From the NCBI GenBank assembly GCA_026707285.1, contig JAPOXD010000021.1, positions 2,559-66,558 on the forward strand: a DNA stretch of 64,000 nt, in the 5' to 3' direction. Of this stretch, positions 35,716 through 44,643 are shown piece after piece. Under the pieces are notes generated by a model, which ran no database searches, was not told where the DNA came from, and saw only the letters and a program-made list of their open reading frames with translations. Numbering within the stretch: position 1 is the first letter of the stretch; the number at the start of each line of letters is the position of its first letter. The DNA comes from Chloroflexota bacterium (GTDB lineage: Bacteria; Chloroflexota; UBA11872). Made by a program: the position numbers and the translations under genes.

Positions 35716-38208
35716 ATGAATCAGGTACTCGGCAAGCTGAGCTCGCTGGTCACGGCCCGCCCGTGGATCACGCTCCTCGTCCTTCTTCTCGTCACCCTCG
35801 CGCTGGGAGCCGGAGCGGTCGTCCGCGCGCCGCCTCCGACGACCGCCGAGACGCTCCCCGACAACAGTCCCATTTCCGACGCGATGGCCGAGATCAATGA
35901 GCTCTTCGGGGACCACGGCGAGATCAGCGCCGTCACCCTCATTTTCCGCGGAGACGCGCTCACGCCCACCGGGCTCGCCCAGATGGATGCACTGATCAAC
36001 GACATCGTCGGCGACGCGGGGGTGCAGGAGCTCCTGGCTCCGACCAATCCGGTCTTTGCGCCGTCGGGGCTGATCAAGTTCGCGCTCCAGACCGACAGCT
36101 TCGATGCGGTGACACAGGCCCAAATCGATGCCGTCCGCGTACTCCCGGAGATTCAACCGGCCCTGGCGGCAATGACCGGCACCGACACCGACGGCACGCG
36201 GGTCGCGATCGGCAGTATCAGCTTGCTCGACACCGGCGACGAGCGCCTGAAGACCGCCGAGCGAACGATCAATGCACTGTCTAAATCTTCTGAGGGTCCG
36301 CTAAGCGCAAGCAGCGTGTCGTTCATCATCCTCGAGGACGAGTACACAGAGGCCACGGAGACGGGAATGGGTCCCCTCATCGGCGTGGCGTTCATTCTGA
36401 TCGCGTTGCTGCTGGTGCTTTTCATGCGCACGGTGTCCGACATGTTGCTGACGCTGGGCGGACTACTCGTGTCGATCATCTGGATCATTGGCGCCGAAGG
36501 CTGGCTCGGTCCGAATGCGCTGGGGCTCATCGGCCCGCCGAACTCGCTGACCACCATGGTGCCGATCATCGTGATCGGCCTCACGGTGGACTACGCCATT
36601 CAGACCATCTCGCACTACCGCGAGCAACGTCTCGAGGGCGGCGAGGTGCGCGAGGCCATTCGCACGGGACTGCGCATTGTGTCCGTCCCGCTGATGCTGG
36701 CGGCCATCACGACGATCGTCGGAATGTTGGCCAGCCTGTTTTCCCCGATCGGTATCGTGCGTGACTTCGGCGTCGTCGCGGGCCTGGGCATCGCGATGAG
36801 CCTGATCGTCATGCTGACGCTTGTCCCGGCCAGCCGGACGATCATGGACCGGCGACGCGAGAAGAAGGGTACGTTGAAGCCGCCGCGTCCAATCGTGCAC
36901 GCCTTGCCGGGCATCGAGCGACTGGCCGGCCTGCTGGGCCGCAGCGTGACCCGCCGGCCGGCGTACTACATCATCGCCGTGGCCGCGGTCACGATCGGGC
37001 TCGGAATCGCGTCAACCGGGCTGAAGTCTGAATTCAACATCCGCGATGTGCTGCCCCGGGGCGGGGCCGTGCTGGCGGATTTGGACACCCTGGAAGCGGC
37101 CATCGGCGGCACGGCCGAGGTGACCAATGTGCTCATCAAGGCCGAGGCCACCGAGACACGCACCCTGCTGAACATGCAGGACCTGACGACCGCCTTCGCG
37201 GACGAGACCCGGCGCCCGCCGGCGGCCGCAGGGCCGATTCAGACCTCGTTTGAATTGCTGCTGCGCGACTGGACGACCGACAGCGGCGTGCCGGGCGACA
37301 AGTACGACCCCGAGATCGCCGCTCTCTTCCAGGAGGCCTCGGCGGGCCTGCAGCTCGATCCTGAGCTGATGCAGGAAATCCTCGACCGGCTCGAGGCCAT
37401 GGACCCGGCCGTTGGTCGCCTGCTGGTCAACGATCCGCAGGGCGTCGACTCCCTGCTGGTTCAATTTCAGAGCTACGGGGGCGACCCCAACCTGACGACG
37501 GCGCTGCAGCAGGACCTCGAGGACCTGTGGGCCGGCGACGACGAGGACATCACCGCAACATCGGAAAGCATCATCTCGATCACAGTCACGGACTCGATTA
37601 CCGAGCGACAAACCGAGGCGATCGCCACGACGGTCGCGGCGGCCCTCACGGTGCTGGCCGTCTTCTTCTACTTGACGGTGCGGCAGCCGGCGCTGGCGGT
37701 TGTCGCCGTCGGGCCCATCGTGCTCGTGCTGATCTGTGTGCTGGGCACGATGGCGCTGCTGGGAATCCCCTACTCGCTCATCACGTCGATCATCACCGCG
37801 CTATCGATCGGAATCGGCGTGGACTACACCATTCACGTGATCCACCGCTATCGGGAGGAATTCGCGCGTCTGCGCAACCCGGAGGAAGCGGCGGTGCGCA
37901 CGCTGGCGACCACGGGATCGGCGCTGCTGGGATCGGCGATGACCACGGCGCTCGGCCTGGGCGTCCTGGCGGCTTCGCCGCTCCTTGCTTCCCAGCAGTT
38001 CGGTATCACCGCGGCGATCACGATCGCCTACTCGCTCATCGTCAGCATCGTGCTGGTGCCGCCGGCCATGACGGTGTGGGGCGCCTATCAAAACATGCGG
38101 CTGCGCTCGATGGTCGAGCGCGAGTGGGCCGACCTGGACGTGGCTATCGAAGAGGTGTATCGGCGCCACGAGGACGACGAACAGGCTTCGCCGACGACAG
38201 ATTCATGA
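35716..38208 (+). CDS. MMPL/RND-superfamily lipid transporter (HpnN/BstA-like architecture)
   Basis: two blocks of ~6 TM helices each followed by large periplasmic loops; 830 aa; MMPL-type conserved membrane blocks. Confidence 0.8.
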   Translation: MNQVLGKLSSLVTARPWITLLVLLLVTLALGAGAVVRAPPPTTAETLPDNSPISDAMAEINELFGDHGEISAVTLIFRGDALTPTGLAQMDALINDIVGDAGVQELLAPTNPVFAPSGLIKFALQTDSFDAVTQAQIDAVRVLPEIQPALAAMTGTDTDGTRVAIGSISLLDTGDERLKTAERTINALSKSSEGPLSASSVSFIILEDEYTEATETGMGPLIGVAFILIALLLVLFMRTVSDMLLTLGGLLVSIIWIIGAEGWLGPNALGLIGPPNSLTTMVPIIVIGLTVDYAIQTISHYREQRLEGGEVREAIRTGLRIVSVPLMLAAITTIVGMLASLFSPIGIVRDFGVVAGLGIAMSLIVMLTLVPASRTIMDRRREKKGTLKPPRPIVHALPGIERLAGLLGRSVTRRPAYYIIAVAAVTIGLGIASTGLKSEFNIRDVLPRGGAVLADLDTLEAAIGGTAEVTNVLIKAEATETRTLLNMQDLTTAFADETRRPPAAAGPIQTSFELLLRDWTTDSGVPGDKYDPEIAALFQEASAGLQLDPELMQEILDRLEAMDPAVGRLLVNDPQGVDSLLVQFQSYGGDPNLTTALQQDLEDLWAGDDEDITATSESIISITVTDSITERQTEAIATTVAAALTVLAVFFYLTVRQPALAVVAVGPIVLVLICVLGTMALLGIPYSLITSIITALSIGIGVDYTIHVIHRYREEFARLRNPEEAAVRTLATTGSALLGSAMTTALGLGVLAASPLLASQQFGITAAITIAYSLIVSIVLVPPAMTVWGAYQNMRLRSMVEREWADLDVAIEEVYRRHEDDEQASPTTDS

Positions 38209-38226
38209 CAGGCCGGGCGCGCTCGC

Positions 38227-39327
38227 GTGTCCCCAGTCGCCGAGCCGCTGCTTGAACCAGGCGTGCAACTCCCGCTAGCCAAGGAGCTTGGACAGCTCCG
38301 CGACCTCTCCAGGGGGCTGAAAGGCGCGTACCGCGGGGGAGACGCCAACCGTCGGGTGCGGCACTTCAGCGGATGGCTGCGCCGAGCAACGGCGGATGAC
38401 GACGGCGCGAGCGGCTACGACCACGCCAAAACCGTGAAGGAGTACTACGACCTCTGCGGCGAGTTCATGGTGTTCGGCTGGGGCGAATCGCTCCACTTCG
38501 CGCCGCTGGCGCCTCACGAAAGCCTGCAGGACTCCAAGACCAGGCATCAGCGGTTGATGATCGCCAAGCTGGAGCTGCGCGAGGGCATGACGGTGATCGA
38601 CGTGGGCTGCGGCATCGGCGGCCCGCTGCGTCGGGTCATCCGCGAGGCCGGCGTGAGCGTCCTCGGGGTCAACAGCAACGAGATCCAGTTGGAGAAGGCC
38701 AAGTCGCTCGACGCCGACGCGGGGCTCGACCACATGGCCGACTACCTCGCGTGCAGCTTCATGGACATGGAGGCGATCGCGGACGACACGTTCGACCGGG
38801 GCTACGCCATTGAGTCGACGTGCCACGCCCCGGACAAGGCCGGCGCGTTCGCCGAAATTTGCCGCGTGCTAAAGCCCGGCGCGCTCTTCTGGGGACAGGA
38901 AATGTGCCTGACGGACGCGTTCGATCCTTACGACAAGCGACACCGGCACATCGAACAGGAGCTGAAGTACTCCATCGCGCTCAAGGACATCGCGACGATG
39001 GGCCAGGTCAACCGCGACCTCGAATCGGCGGGATTTCAGGTCATCGAGGGCCGGGATTTGGCGGTCGCGGGGAACGGTCCGACCACTCCGTGGTACCAGC
39101 CCATGGTGAATCGGCGCCAAACGCTCGGCAACGCCCTGCACCGGACGCCCATCGGCCGCAAGGCGTTCATGGGGGCGTCGAGGCTGGTCGAGGCGGTGGG
39201 AGTCTTTCCGAAGGGCGCCACCGACGTCGTCGCCCTGATGCATCGCACCGCCAACGCCTATGTCGCCGGCGGCAGGGCCGGGATTTTCACGCCGCTGTAC
39301 TGTTTTCTGGCGCGCAAACCCGGGTAG
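38227..39327 (+). CDS. sterol C-24 methyltransferase (ERG6/SMT family) homolog
   Basis: YYDLCGEFMVFGWGESLHFAP (cf. ERG6 YYNLVTDFYEYGWGSSFHF), SAM motif VIDVGCGIGGP, AIESTCHAPDKAGAFAEICRVLKPGALF (cf. [28 protein letters not shown]), C-terminal IFTPLYCFLARKPG (cf. LFTPMMLFVARKPE); GTG start. Confidence 0.8.
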   Translation: MSPVAEPLLEPGVQLPLAKELGQLRDLSRGLKGAYRGGDANRRVRHFSGWLRRATADDDGASGYDHAKTVKEYYDLCGEFMVFGWGESLHFAPLAPHESLQDSKTRHQRLMIAKLELREGMTVIDVGCGIGGPLRRVIREAGVSVLGVNSNEIQLEKAKSLDADAGLDHMADYLACSFMDMEAIADDTFDRGYAIESTCHAPDKAGAFAEICRVLKPGALFWGQEMCLTDAFDPYDKRHRHIEQELKYSIALKDIATMGQVNRDLESAGFQVIEGRDLAVAGNGPTTPWYQPMVNRRQTLGNALHRTPIGRKAFMGASRLVEAVGVFPKGATDVVALMHRTANAYVAGGRAGIFTPLYCFLARKPG

Positions 39328-39360
39328 GCTCGCCGCGTCACTCGGGCGAGGCTCGGCGCC

Positions 39361-41385
39361 TTAAGCGGTCAGTTCGCGTCGCTGCTTGGCAATGCGGAAC
39401 TTCAGCTTCTTGCTCGGTTTGCTCGACGGCAGCGGGCTAAACCCGAGCTCGAAGTTCGGCGGCGACACCTCGATATCGAAGTGGCGCGCGATCATCAGCA
39501 CGTTGGCCGCCAGTTGCAGTTCCACCCACCCCGTCCCGAGGCACCGGTGCGTGCCCAGCCCATACGGGGCGTAACCAGGACCGCGATGCTCATTGCGCGG
39601 CGGCTGGTAGCGGTCGATGTCAAATTTGAAGGGTTCGGGAAACACGCTTTCCGTGTAGTGCGTGGCCGTCTGGGCAATGTGAAGCCGGGACCCGACGGGC
39701 AGCTCGTAGCCTTCGACCACGCACGAATTCATCACGTTCCGAATGGACATCGGGACGATCGGGTAGACCCGCAGGCACTCCATGAGAAAGCGATGGGTGA
39801 CGTCGATCTCTCGTGGCCTGAATGCCTCTCCACTTGGGTCGCCGTTGGCGAACAACGCATCGGCTTCGTCGCGGATCTTCGCGTAGATCTCCGGCTTCGA
39901 CGCCATGGCATACAACACGAAGCTGAACATGTCGCCAAGGTAGACGCTCGCGATCAGCGCGGCTGACAGCGCGAAGGGCAGATTCGACTCCGGGACGAAC
40001 TGCGGATCGGTCGCGTGCAGGCCGAGAAGGTCGTCCGCAAGATCGCGCGGACATCCAGCCCGCTGCGCGGGCGTGTGGCCAATCCGCACCCGGTTCAGCA
40101 GTGTGTCCAAAGACCTCATCCGGCGTTTCATGCCTGGGGTCCGCAGCATGAACTTGGGCAGCACCTTTGCGACGTGAACGCTGAGCGCCCGTTCCTTGAA
40201 CCGCGCCAAATCCGCAAAGACATCCTGGGAATCAACGCTGATAAGGAGCGGCGAAAGCTGCGCGTTGATCATTCGCCGGCACATCTCCGTTGCCTGGTAA
40301 GTTTCCCCAACCTCCCAGTCCGCCATATAGCCCCGTGCATGCCGGTACACCTGGTCTAGCTGTCCCGCGAGCCTGCCGCGGGAATACCCCGGGCCCAACG
40401 ACTTGCGAAGCCGAAAGTGATCGGCGCCATCCAGGGACGGCAATACGCCCGAGGCGCCATAGACCTTCTCGAAGTCCGCAAAATAGTCCCTCGTCCGCAG
40501 GTACCTGCGCCCGCTCCGATGGACCCAGCGGTTCACCTCGAGGCCGCCAACGAAGATCATTGGTTCCACAAGAGGCGGACGGATCATGAACACCGGCCCG
40601 TACTCTTCGGTGAGCTGCGCGAATAGGGCGGGAAAGTTCCCGTTGCGAACGTGCCGATTCAGCAGCAGCCGCCACAGCGGGACGGTCGGAATCTTCTTGG
40701 ACAGGGCGGAATGCTGGAGCAGCGGTGCGGCAAGGCTCTGTGACACGGCATCGGCGATCGACCGGCCGATCAAGTCCATATTGCAGATGAAGTGAATGCG
40801 CTCCTCATCCTGTTCTTCAAGCTGGAAGATGAAGCGAAACACATCACAGGTATTGACCAGGCAGATGATGATCACGTCTCGCGGATCGGGAATTTCGTTG
40901 TTGAAGATCGCCTTGCCGATGCGGGTCTTCACAAACTGCGCCGCGGATCGCTCTGGGGAGCTTTCGAACATATCCCCCTGCCGCGCGGCCCGGGCAAGCG
41001 TCCAGAACCCGCCCTCGTGATGATCCAGAATCCCCATGTCAACCAAGCGATCCAGCGTGAGATCGATGATCGATTCGGCGCGGGGCGCCAGCCGTTCGAT
41101 CCAATACTGGGCGTTATGCCGGCCCGGCTCGCTCGCAATCTCCTCGAGGATGGGGTCCAGCGTCGGGTCGCCCGTTTCCGCCGCATCGACGAGAAACAGC
41201 GACTCGATATCCGTGTCGATGCGCGACATGAGCGAGAGCTCGGCGAGCGCCGCGCCGACGACGGCGCAGTTCAGACGCCATCCTGGAACCTGGTGAAAGT
41301 AGCCGCTCTCCTCATTGAGGAGCATCAGGAGAAGCTCTTCGGAAAGGCTTAACTGACGGGTCGACGTACTGTCTGCGACGGCCAT
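39361..41385 (-). CDS. fusion protein: N-terminal GOLPH3/GPP34-family domain plus C-terminal cytochrome P450
   Basis: N-terminus LSLSEELLLMLLNEESGYF...GAALAELSLMSRID matches the GPP34 signature; C-terminus carries EXXR and the heme-thiolate loop FDIDRYQPP...YAPYGLGTHRCLGTGWV; ATG at 41385 with aagga RBS, although the ORF opens with TTG at 41451. Confidence 0.7.
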   Translation of the reverse strand: MAVADSTSTRQLSLSEELLLMLLNEESGYFHQVPGWRLNCAVVGAALAELSLMSRIDTDIESLFLVDAAETGDPTLDPILEEIASEPGRHNAQYWIERLAPRAESIIDLTLDRLVDMGILDHHEGGFWTLARAARQGDMFESSPERSAAQFVKTRIGKAIFNNEIPDPRDVIIICLVNTCDVFRFIFQLEEQDEERIHFICNMDLIGRSIADAVSQSLAAPLLQHSALSKKIPTVPLWRLLLNRHVRNGNFPALFAQLTEEYGPVFMIRPPLVEPMIFVGGLEVNRWVHRSGRRYLRTRDYFADFEKVYGASGVLPSLDGADHFRLRKSLGPGYSRGRLAGQLDQVYRHARGYMADWEVGETYQATEMCRRMINAQLSPLLISVDSQDVFADLARFKERALSVHVAKVLPKFMLRTPGMKRRMRSLDTLLNRVRIGHTPAQRAGCPRDLADDLLGLHATDPQFVPESNLPFALSAALIASVYLGDMFSFVLYAMASKPEIYAKIRDEADALFANGDPSGEAFRPREIDVTHRFLMECLRVYPIVPMSIRNVMNSCVVEGYELPVGSRLHIAQTATHYTESVFPEPFKFDIDRYQPPRNEHRGPGYAPYGLGTHRCLGTGWVELQLAANVLMIARHFDIEVSPPNFELGFSPLPSSKPSKKLKFRIAKQRRELTA

Positions 41386-41593
41386 CCGACTTAGTCCTTG
41401 TGCTTGCCCTAAGCTCGCAAGGGCCTGTCGTCCCTGTATCGCATTATACAACCGCGACTGCCCAGCGGCAACGAGATATCAAAAGACGAATCAACGATAA
41501 AGCAGGATTAGTATTTCGACATATCTTCGGGAGTCACTTCAACAAAACTCATACACTCAAGCGACTCATATTCAGTCGACCGACGTTCGAGTA

Positions 41594-42961
41594 TTAGCCT
41601 TTTGCCTTCTTGAACCGCCAACCGTGCATGATGCTGCCGTAATGGTTGAATGACCGCCTTGCCCTGGCGTCGTCAAATGGATAGACGGCCCCGATCTGCG
41701 TTGCCGCGGCGAGACCACTCACAAAGCAAGTTTCCTGACTATTGACCAGCGTGTGCGCGCCGCAGTGCCACGTCCGCCTTCTGCCCTGAATGAACTGGAA
41801 GAGGTTCACAAGCCAGGCCACGTGGCGCACGTCGTGCACGATGTGTTGGAACCACCATCTTCCAACGATCTTTTGACCATCGATCTCGCTGATTGGATTG
41901 TAGGTAACCAGACACGGTTTGTCTGACCGATTGGCCCATGGTTGCTGGTTGTGCATGATGTACGTAATTTCATAGTTGTCGGGTCGCGCGCCATACTGCT
42001 CAATATGGTTGCTCCGCGTCTCCAGCGGTTTCACGGCGTTGTCCGGAAGCACTGAAGAATCCGAATGAATCACCGTGTGATTGTGGAGCTCGCTCTCATA
42101 TCGAATCGAAGACAGGATATAGCGCTCGAGCAGCGTGGGTTTATCGAGAATCATCAAGGTCTGGTTCGCATTGCACGCGAATACCACCTCGTCGAACGCC
42201 TCCGTCACGCCGCCTTCGTCCTCAACGACGACGCCCGAGGACTGCCGGTACACCTTTCTGACCGGACGGTTGAGGTAGAGCTTGTCTCGAAAACCCGCTG
42301 ACAAGTTCTCGTAGATGCGGCGCGTCCCCTGGTCCCATGTCTGCATTGGGGTGGCGGTTTCGATATCGAAGAAGTCGAGGTACCTCGCGAAGAGCGCGGC
42401 GGGCATGTCGAACACGTTGGTCGCCATCAGGAAATTGACGAACATGGGCTTGAGAATTTTGTACCGAAAGTCGCCGGAGAATCCCCCCAGATTCAGCACC
42501 GTGCCCATGCTGATGTAGTTGAACGGGTTGAGCGCGTTGAGCAACTTCGACTGGGTACGGCTCAGCCAGCCAATCCAGTGCAGGCGTCGCAAGAGGCGCT
42601 GGAACTTTGCGATCTCGACGTGCAGCTGGTCTCTGATCTCGGAGTCAAAGTCGTGGGCGTAGATTTGGCCGCGGTACTTCACGCTGTAGCTGAACCTGGT
42701 ATCGACCAAGTCGATGCCGAACTGCTTCATCAGCAGGACGATGTGGTCGTACACCGACGGAATGCAGGCGGTTACGGAAATGTCGAACGGAATCGAGCTG
42801 CCGTCATCCTGCGGCATATCGGCGGTGATCGCGTTTCCGCCGATCCGGTCCCGCGCTTCGAACAGACGGAAATCGAAGCGGTCCGGGTGGTGATGCAGGC
42901 CCCATGCGGCAGCTAGCCCTGAGATCCCTCCGCCGATGATGGCTATCCGCCGCAGCGTCAT
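41594..42961 (-). CDS. FAD/NAD(P)-binding amine-oxidase-like oxidoreductase (COG2907 type, usually partnered with cyclopropane-fatty-acyl/SMT-type methyltransferases)
   Basis: Rossmann IAIIGGGISGLAAAW..FEARDRIGGN; ..IPFDISVTACIPSVYDHIVLLMKQFGIDLVDTRFSYSV.. block characteristic of COG2907 proteins; noticeably lower GC than flanks. Confidence 0.65.
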   Translation of the reverse strand: MTLRRIAIIGGGISGLAAAWGLHHHPDRFDFRLFEARDRIGGNAITADMPQDDGSSIPFDISVTACIPSVYDHIVLLMKQFGIDLVDTRFSYSVKYRGQIYAHDFDSEIRDQLHVEIAKFQRLLRRLHWIGWLSRTQSKLLNALNPFNYISMGTVLNLGGFSGDFRYKILKPMFVNFLMATNVFDMPAALFARYLDFFDIETATPMQTWDQGTRRIYENLSAGFRDKLYLNRPVRKVYRQSSGVVVEDEGGVTEAFDEVVFACNANQTLMILDKPTLLERYILSSIRYESELHNHTVIHSDSSVLPDNAVKPLETRSNHIEQYGARPDNYEITYIMHNQQPWANRSDKPCLVTYNPISEIDGQKIVGRWWFQHIVHDVRHVAWLVNLFQFIQGRRRTWHCGAHTLVNSQETCFVSGLAAATQIGAVYPFDDARARRSFNHYGSIMHGWRFKKAKG

Positions 42962-43026
42962 CCTCTCCCGCCGGTTCGCGGCGCCGCCGAGCTCGCGGTT
43001 GCCGCGCTCTTCCGGTCTGAATACGT

Positions 43027-43070
43027 AACACGCCCGGAGGGATTCGAACCCCCGACCCCTGGTTCCGAAG
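43027..43070 (-). other. 44-nt duplicate of the 3' part of tRNA-Arg (anticodon loop to acceptor stem, no CCA): att-like remnant
   Basis: 43029..43070 identical to 44540..44581 of the intact tRNA-Arg; immediately followed by a 30-nt element (43071..43100) that recurs at 44474..44503. Confidence 0.7.
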
Positions 43071-43326
43071 GCCCGATCCGGCCATCTGATGAGGCTCGAT
43101 TGGACCCGATGTGAATCGGTCCAAACCTGTTAGCGAAGATCGTTCGCCCGATGGCGTGGGACCTCGTCCGGTCAAAGTCAATCCAAAACTAGCGCAAAGC
43201 CCGGGGGATCTCCGCCGGCTTGCTTCCAGGAGATCAGCGCTCTTCGAGAGCCTCAGCACTGGTCTGCAGTCGCCACCGCAGCGCTGGGGAATTGGCGCGG
43301 GCAGGGGGAATCTCAGACTTCCCCGG

Positions 43327-44274
43327 CTAGCGGTCGGGCCGCATCACGCGCAGGGCCTGGGGCACGACCGTGATCGTGACCGGCGGGTGTGCAACGAACT
43401 CACCGTCGGCCCAGACTCCGACCTTCCGGTTTGCCGCCAGCTGCACCTGCCGGATCCGGTGATACGCCACCGCGGGATGCCCCACATGCGATCCGGCGAG
43501 AGCGCGGGGCAGCATCCGAAGGATCTCCCACTTGGGCATGCGCCGGACCAGGCAGAGATCCAGGCGACCGTCGTCAGGACGCGCGTCCGGCGCGACCCGG
43601 ATCCGCCCGCCATAGCGGCTCGTGTTGCCCACGGCCGCCAGGAGGAGTTGCCCGCGGAAGGCGCCGAAGTCGCCCCGCACCGTGGCGTCGGGCCACGCGT
43701 AGGTGCGAAGCGTGACGGCTGCGCCGTAGAGGTACGCGCCCGACGCGCCCAGGATGGCTGGGGCCCGCCCATCCGCCACGAACTCCGCGACCTCACTGTC
43801 GAACCCGAACGTCGCGACCGTGATGAAATACGCGCTCCCGCGTTCCTGGCTCACCGGATCGCTGCCGACCACATGGCCCAGGTCCAGCGTCTGGGTCCGG
43901 TGGTGCAGGAGGCCCGTGATCGCCGCGTCGGGCCCTGCCGGCAGGCCCAGCGCGTGGGCCAGATCGTTACAGCGACCGGCGGGCAGGATGCCCAACTCGA
44001 GCTCCTGCCGGGACGACGCGGGCGCCGCCATGATGCCGTTCACGACCTCGTGCACGGTCCCGTCGCCGCCAGACGCCACAATCCGCGTCGAGCCCGCCTC
44101 GACGGCTTCCCGGGCCAGCCTCGCGGCCGCTCCCGGAGCGTCAGTGGCGCGCACGTCGGCCTCCGTGCCCTGTGCGTCCAGCCTGGACGACAGACTAGTC
44201 GCCCGCGCCAGGGCACGGCCGCGCCCAGCGCGTCCGTTCGCAATGATCGTCCACCGATCCTGCGAGCGATGCAT
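43327..44274 (-). CDS. diacylglycerol/lipid kinase catalytic-domain protein (YegS/DagK family)
   Basis: ..WTIIANGRAGRGRA..; ..RIVASGGDGTVHEVVNGI.. (GGDGT motif) and C-terminal pattern of DAGK_cat family. Confidence 0.8.
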   Translation of the reverse strand: MHRSQDRWTIIANGRAGRGRALARATSLSSRLDAQGTEADVRATDAPGAAARLAREAVEAGSTRIVASGGDGTVHEVVNGIMAAPASSRQELELGILPAGRCNDLAHALGLPAGPDAAITGLLHHRTQTLDLGHVVGSDPVSQERGSAYFITVATFGFDSEVAEFVADGRAPAILGASGAYLYGAAVTLRTYAWPDATVRGDFGAFRGQLLLAAVGNTSRYGGRIRVAPDARPDDGRLDLCLVRRMPKWEILRMLPRALAGSHVGHPAVAYHRIRQVQLAANRKVGVWADGEFVAHPPVTITVVPQALRVMRPDR

Positions 44275-44536
44275 CGTCTAGCGCCGCCGATCGTTCCGCC
44301 GCATGGCGACCCCGCCGACCCAGCGCCGGCTCGGCGCTCGCGTTCGTGACATCTGGATGGTGTCGCCCCTTGGTCCGTCCTGGCGCGCAATCTTTCCCCG
44401 GGCGCACGATCGTCGCAACCCGCCGATCGGCCTTACAACGATGGGGCCAAGTGGGAGAGTGACGCCTCAGAAGGCCCGATGCGGCCATCTGATGAGGCTC
44501 GATCACCGGATGGTCGCGCAACAAGTTTGGGACAAA

Positions 44537-44613
44537 TGGCACGCCCGGAGGGATTCGAACCCCCGACCCCTGGTTCCGAAGACCAGTGCTCTAATCCGCT
44601 GAGCTACGGGCGC
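44537..44613 (-). tRNA. tRNA-Arg (anticodon UCG)
   Basis: reverse complement GCGCCCGTAGCTCAGCGGATTAGAGCACTGGTCTTCGGAACCAGGGGTCGGGGGTTCGAATCCCTCCGGGCGTGCCA; cloverleaf, CCA encoded. Confidence 0.85.
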
Positions 44614-44643
44614 CTGGCGGCATGACGATTCTAGCGAGGCGCG

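Noticed and set aside
33900-43070. Whole lipid/sterol cluster as a single element integrated at tRNA-Arg
   Set aside because: Only one tRNA-Arg fragment is present, on the right side at 43027. No second att-like copy was found near 33.9-34.5 kb, and there is no integrase. Horizontal origin is suggested by composition only. The clear att-like structure delimits just the 1.4-kb kinase segment.
43071-43100. CUGAUGAGG within the 30-nt repeat element looked like a hammerhead-ribozyme core (CUGAUGA)
   Set aside because: No compatible stem II, GAAA or stem III arrangement is found on either strand at either copy (43071.. and 44474..). The match is only the heptamer, which is expected by chance.
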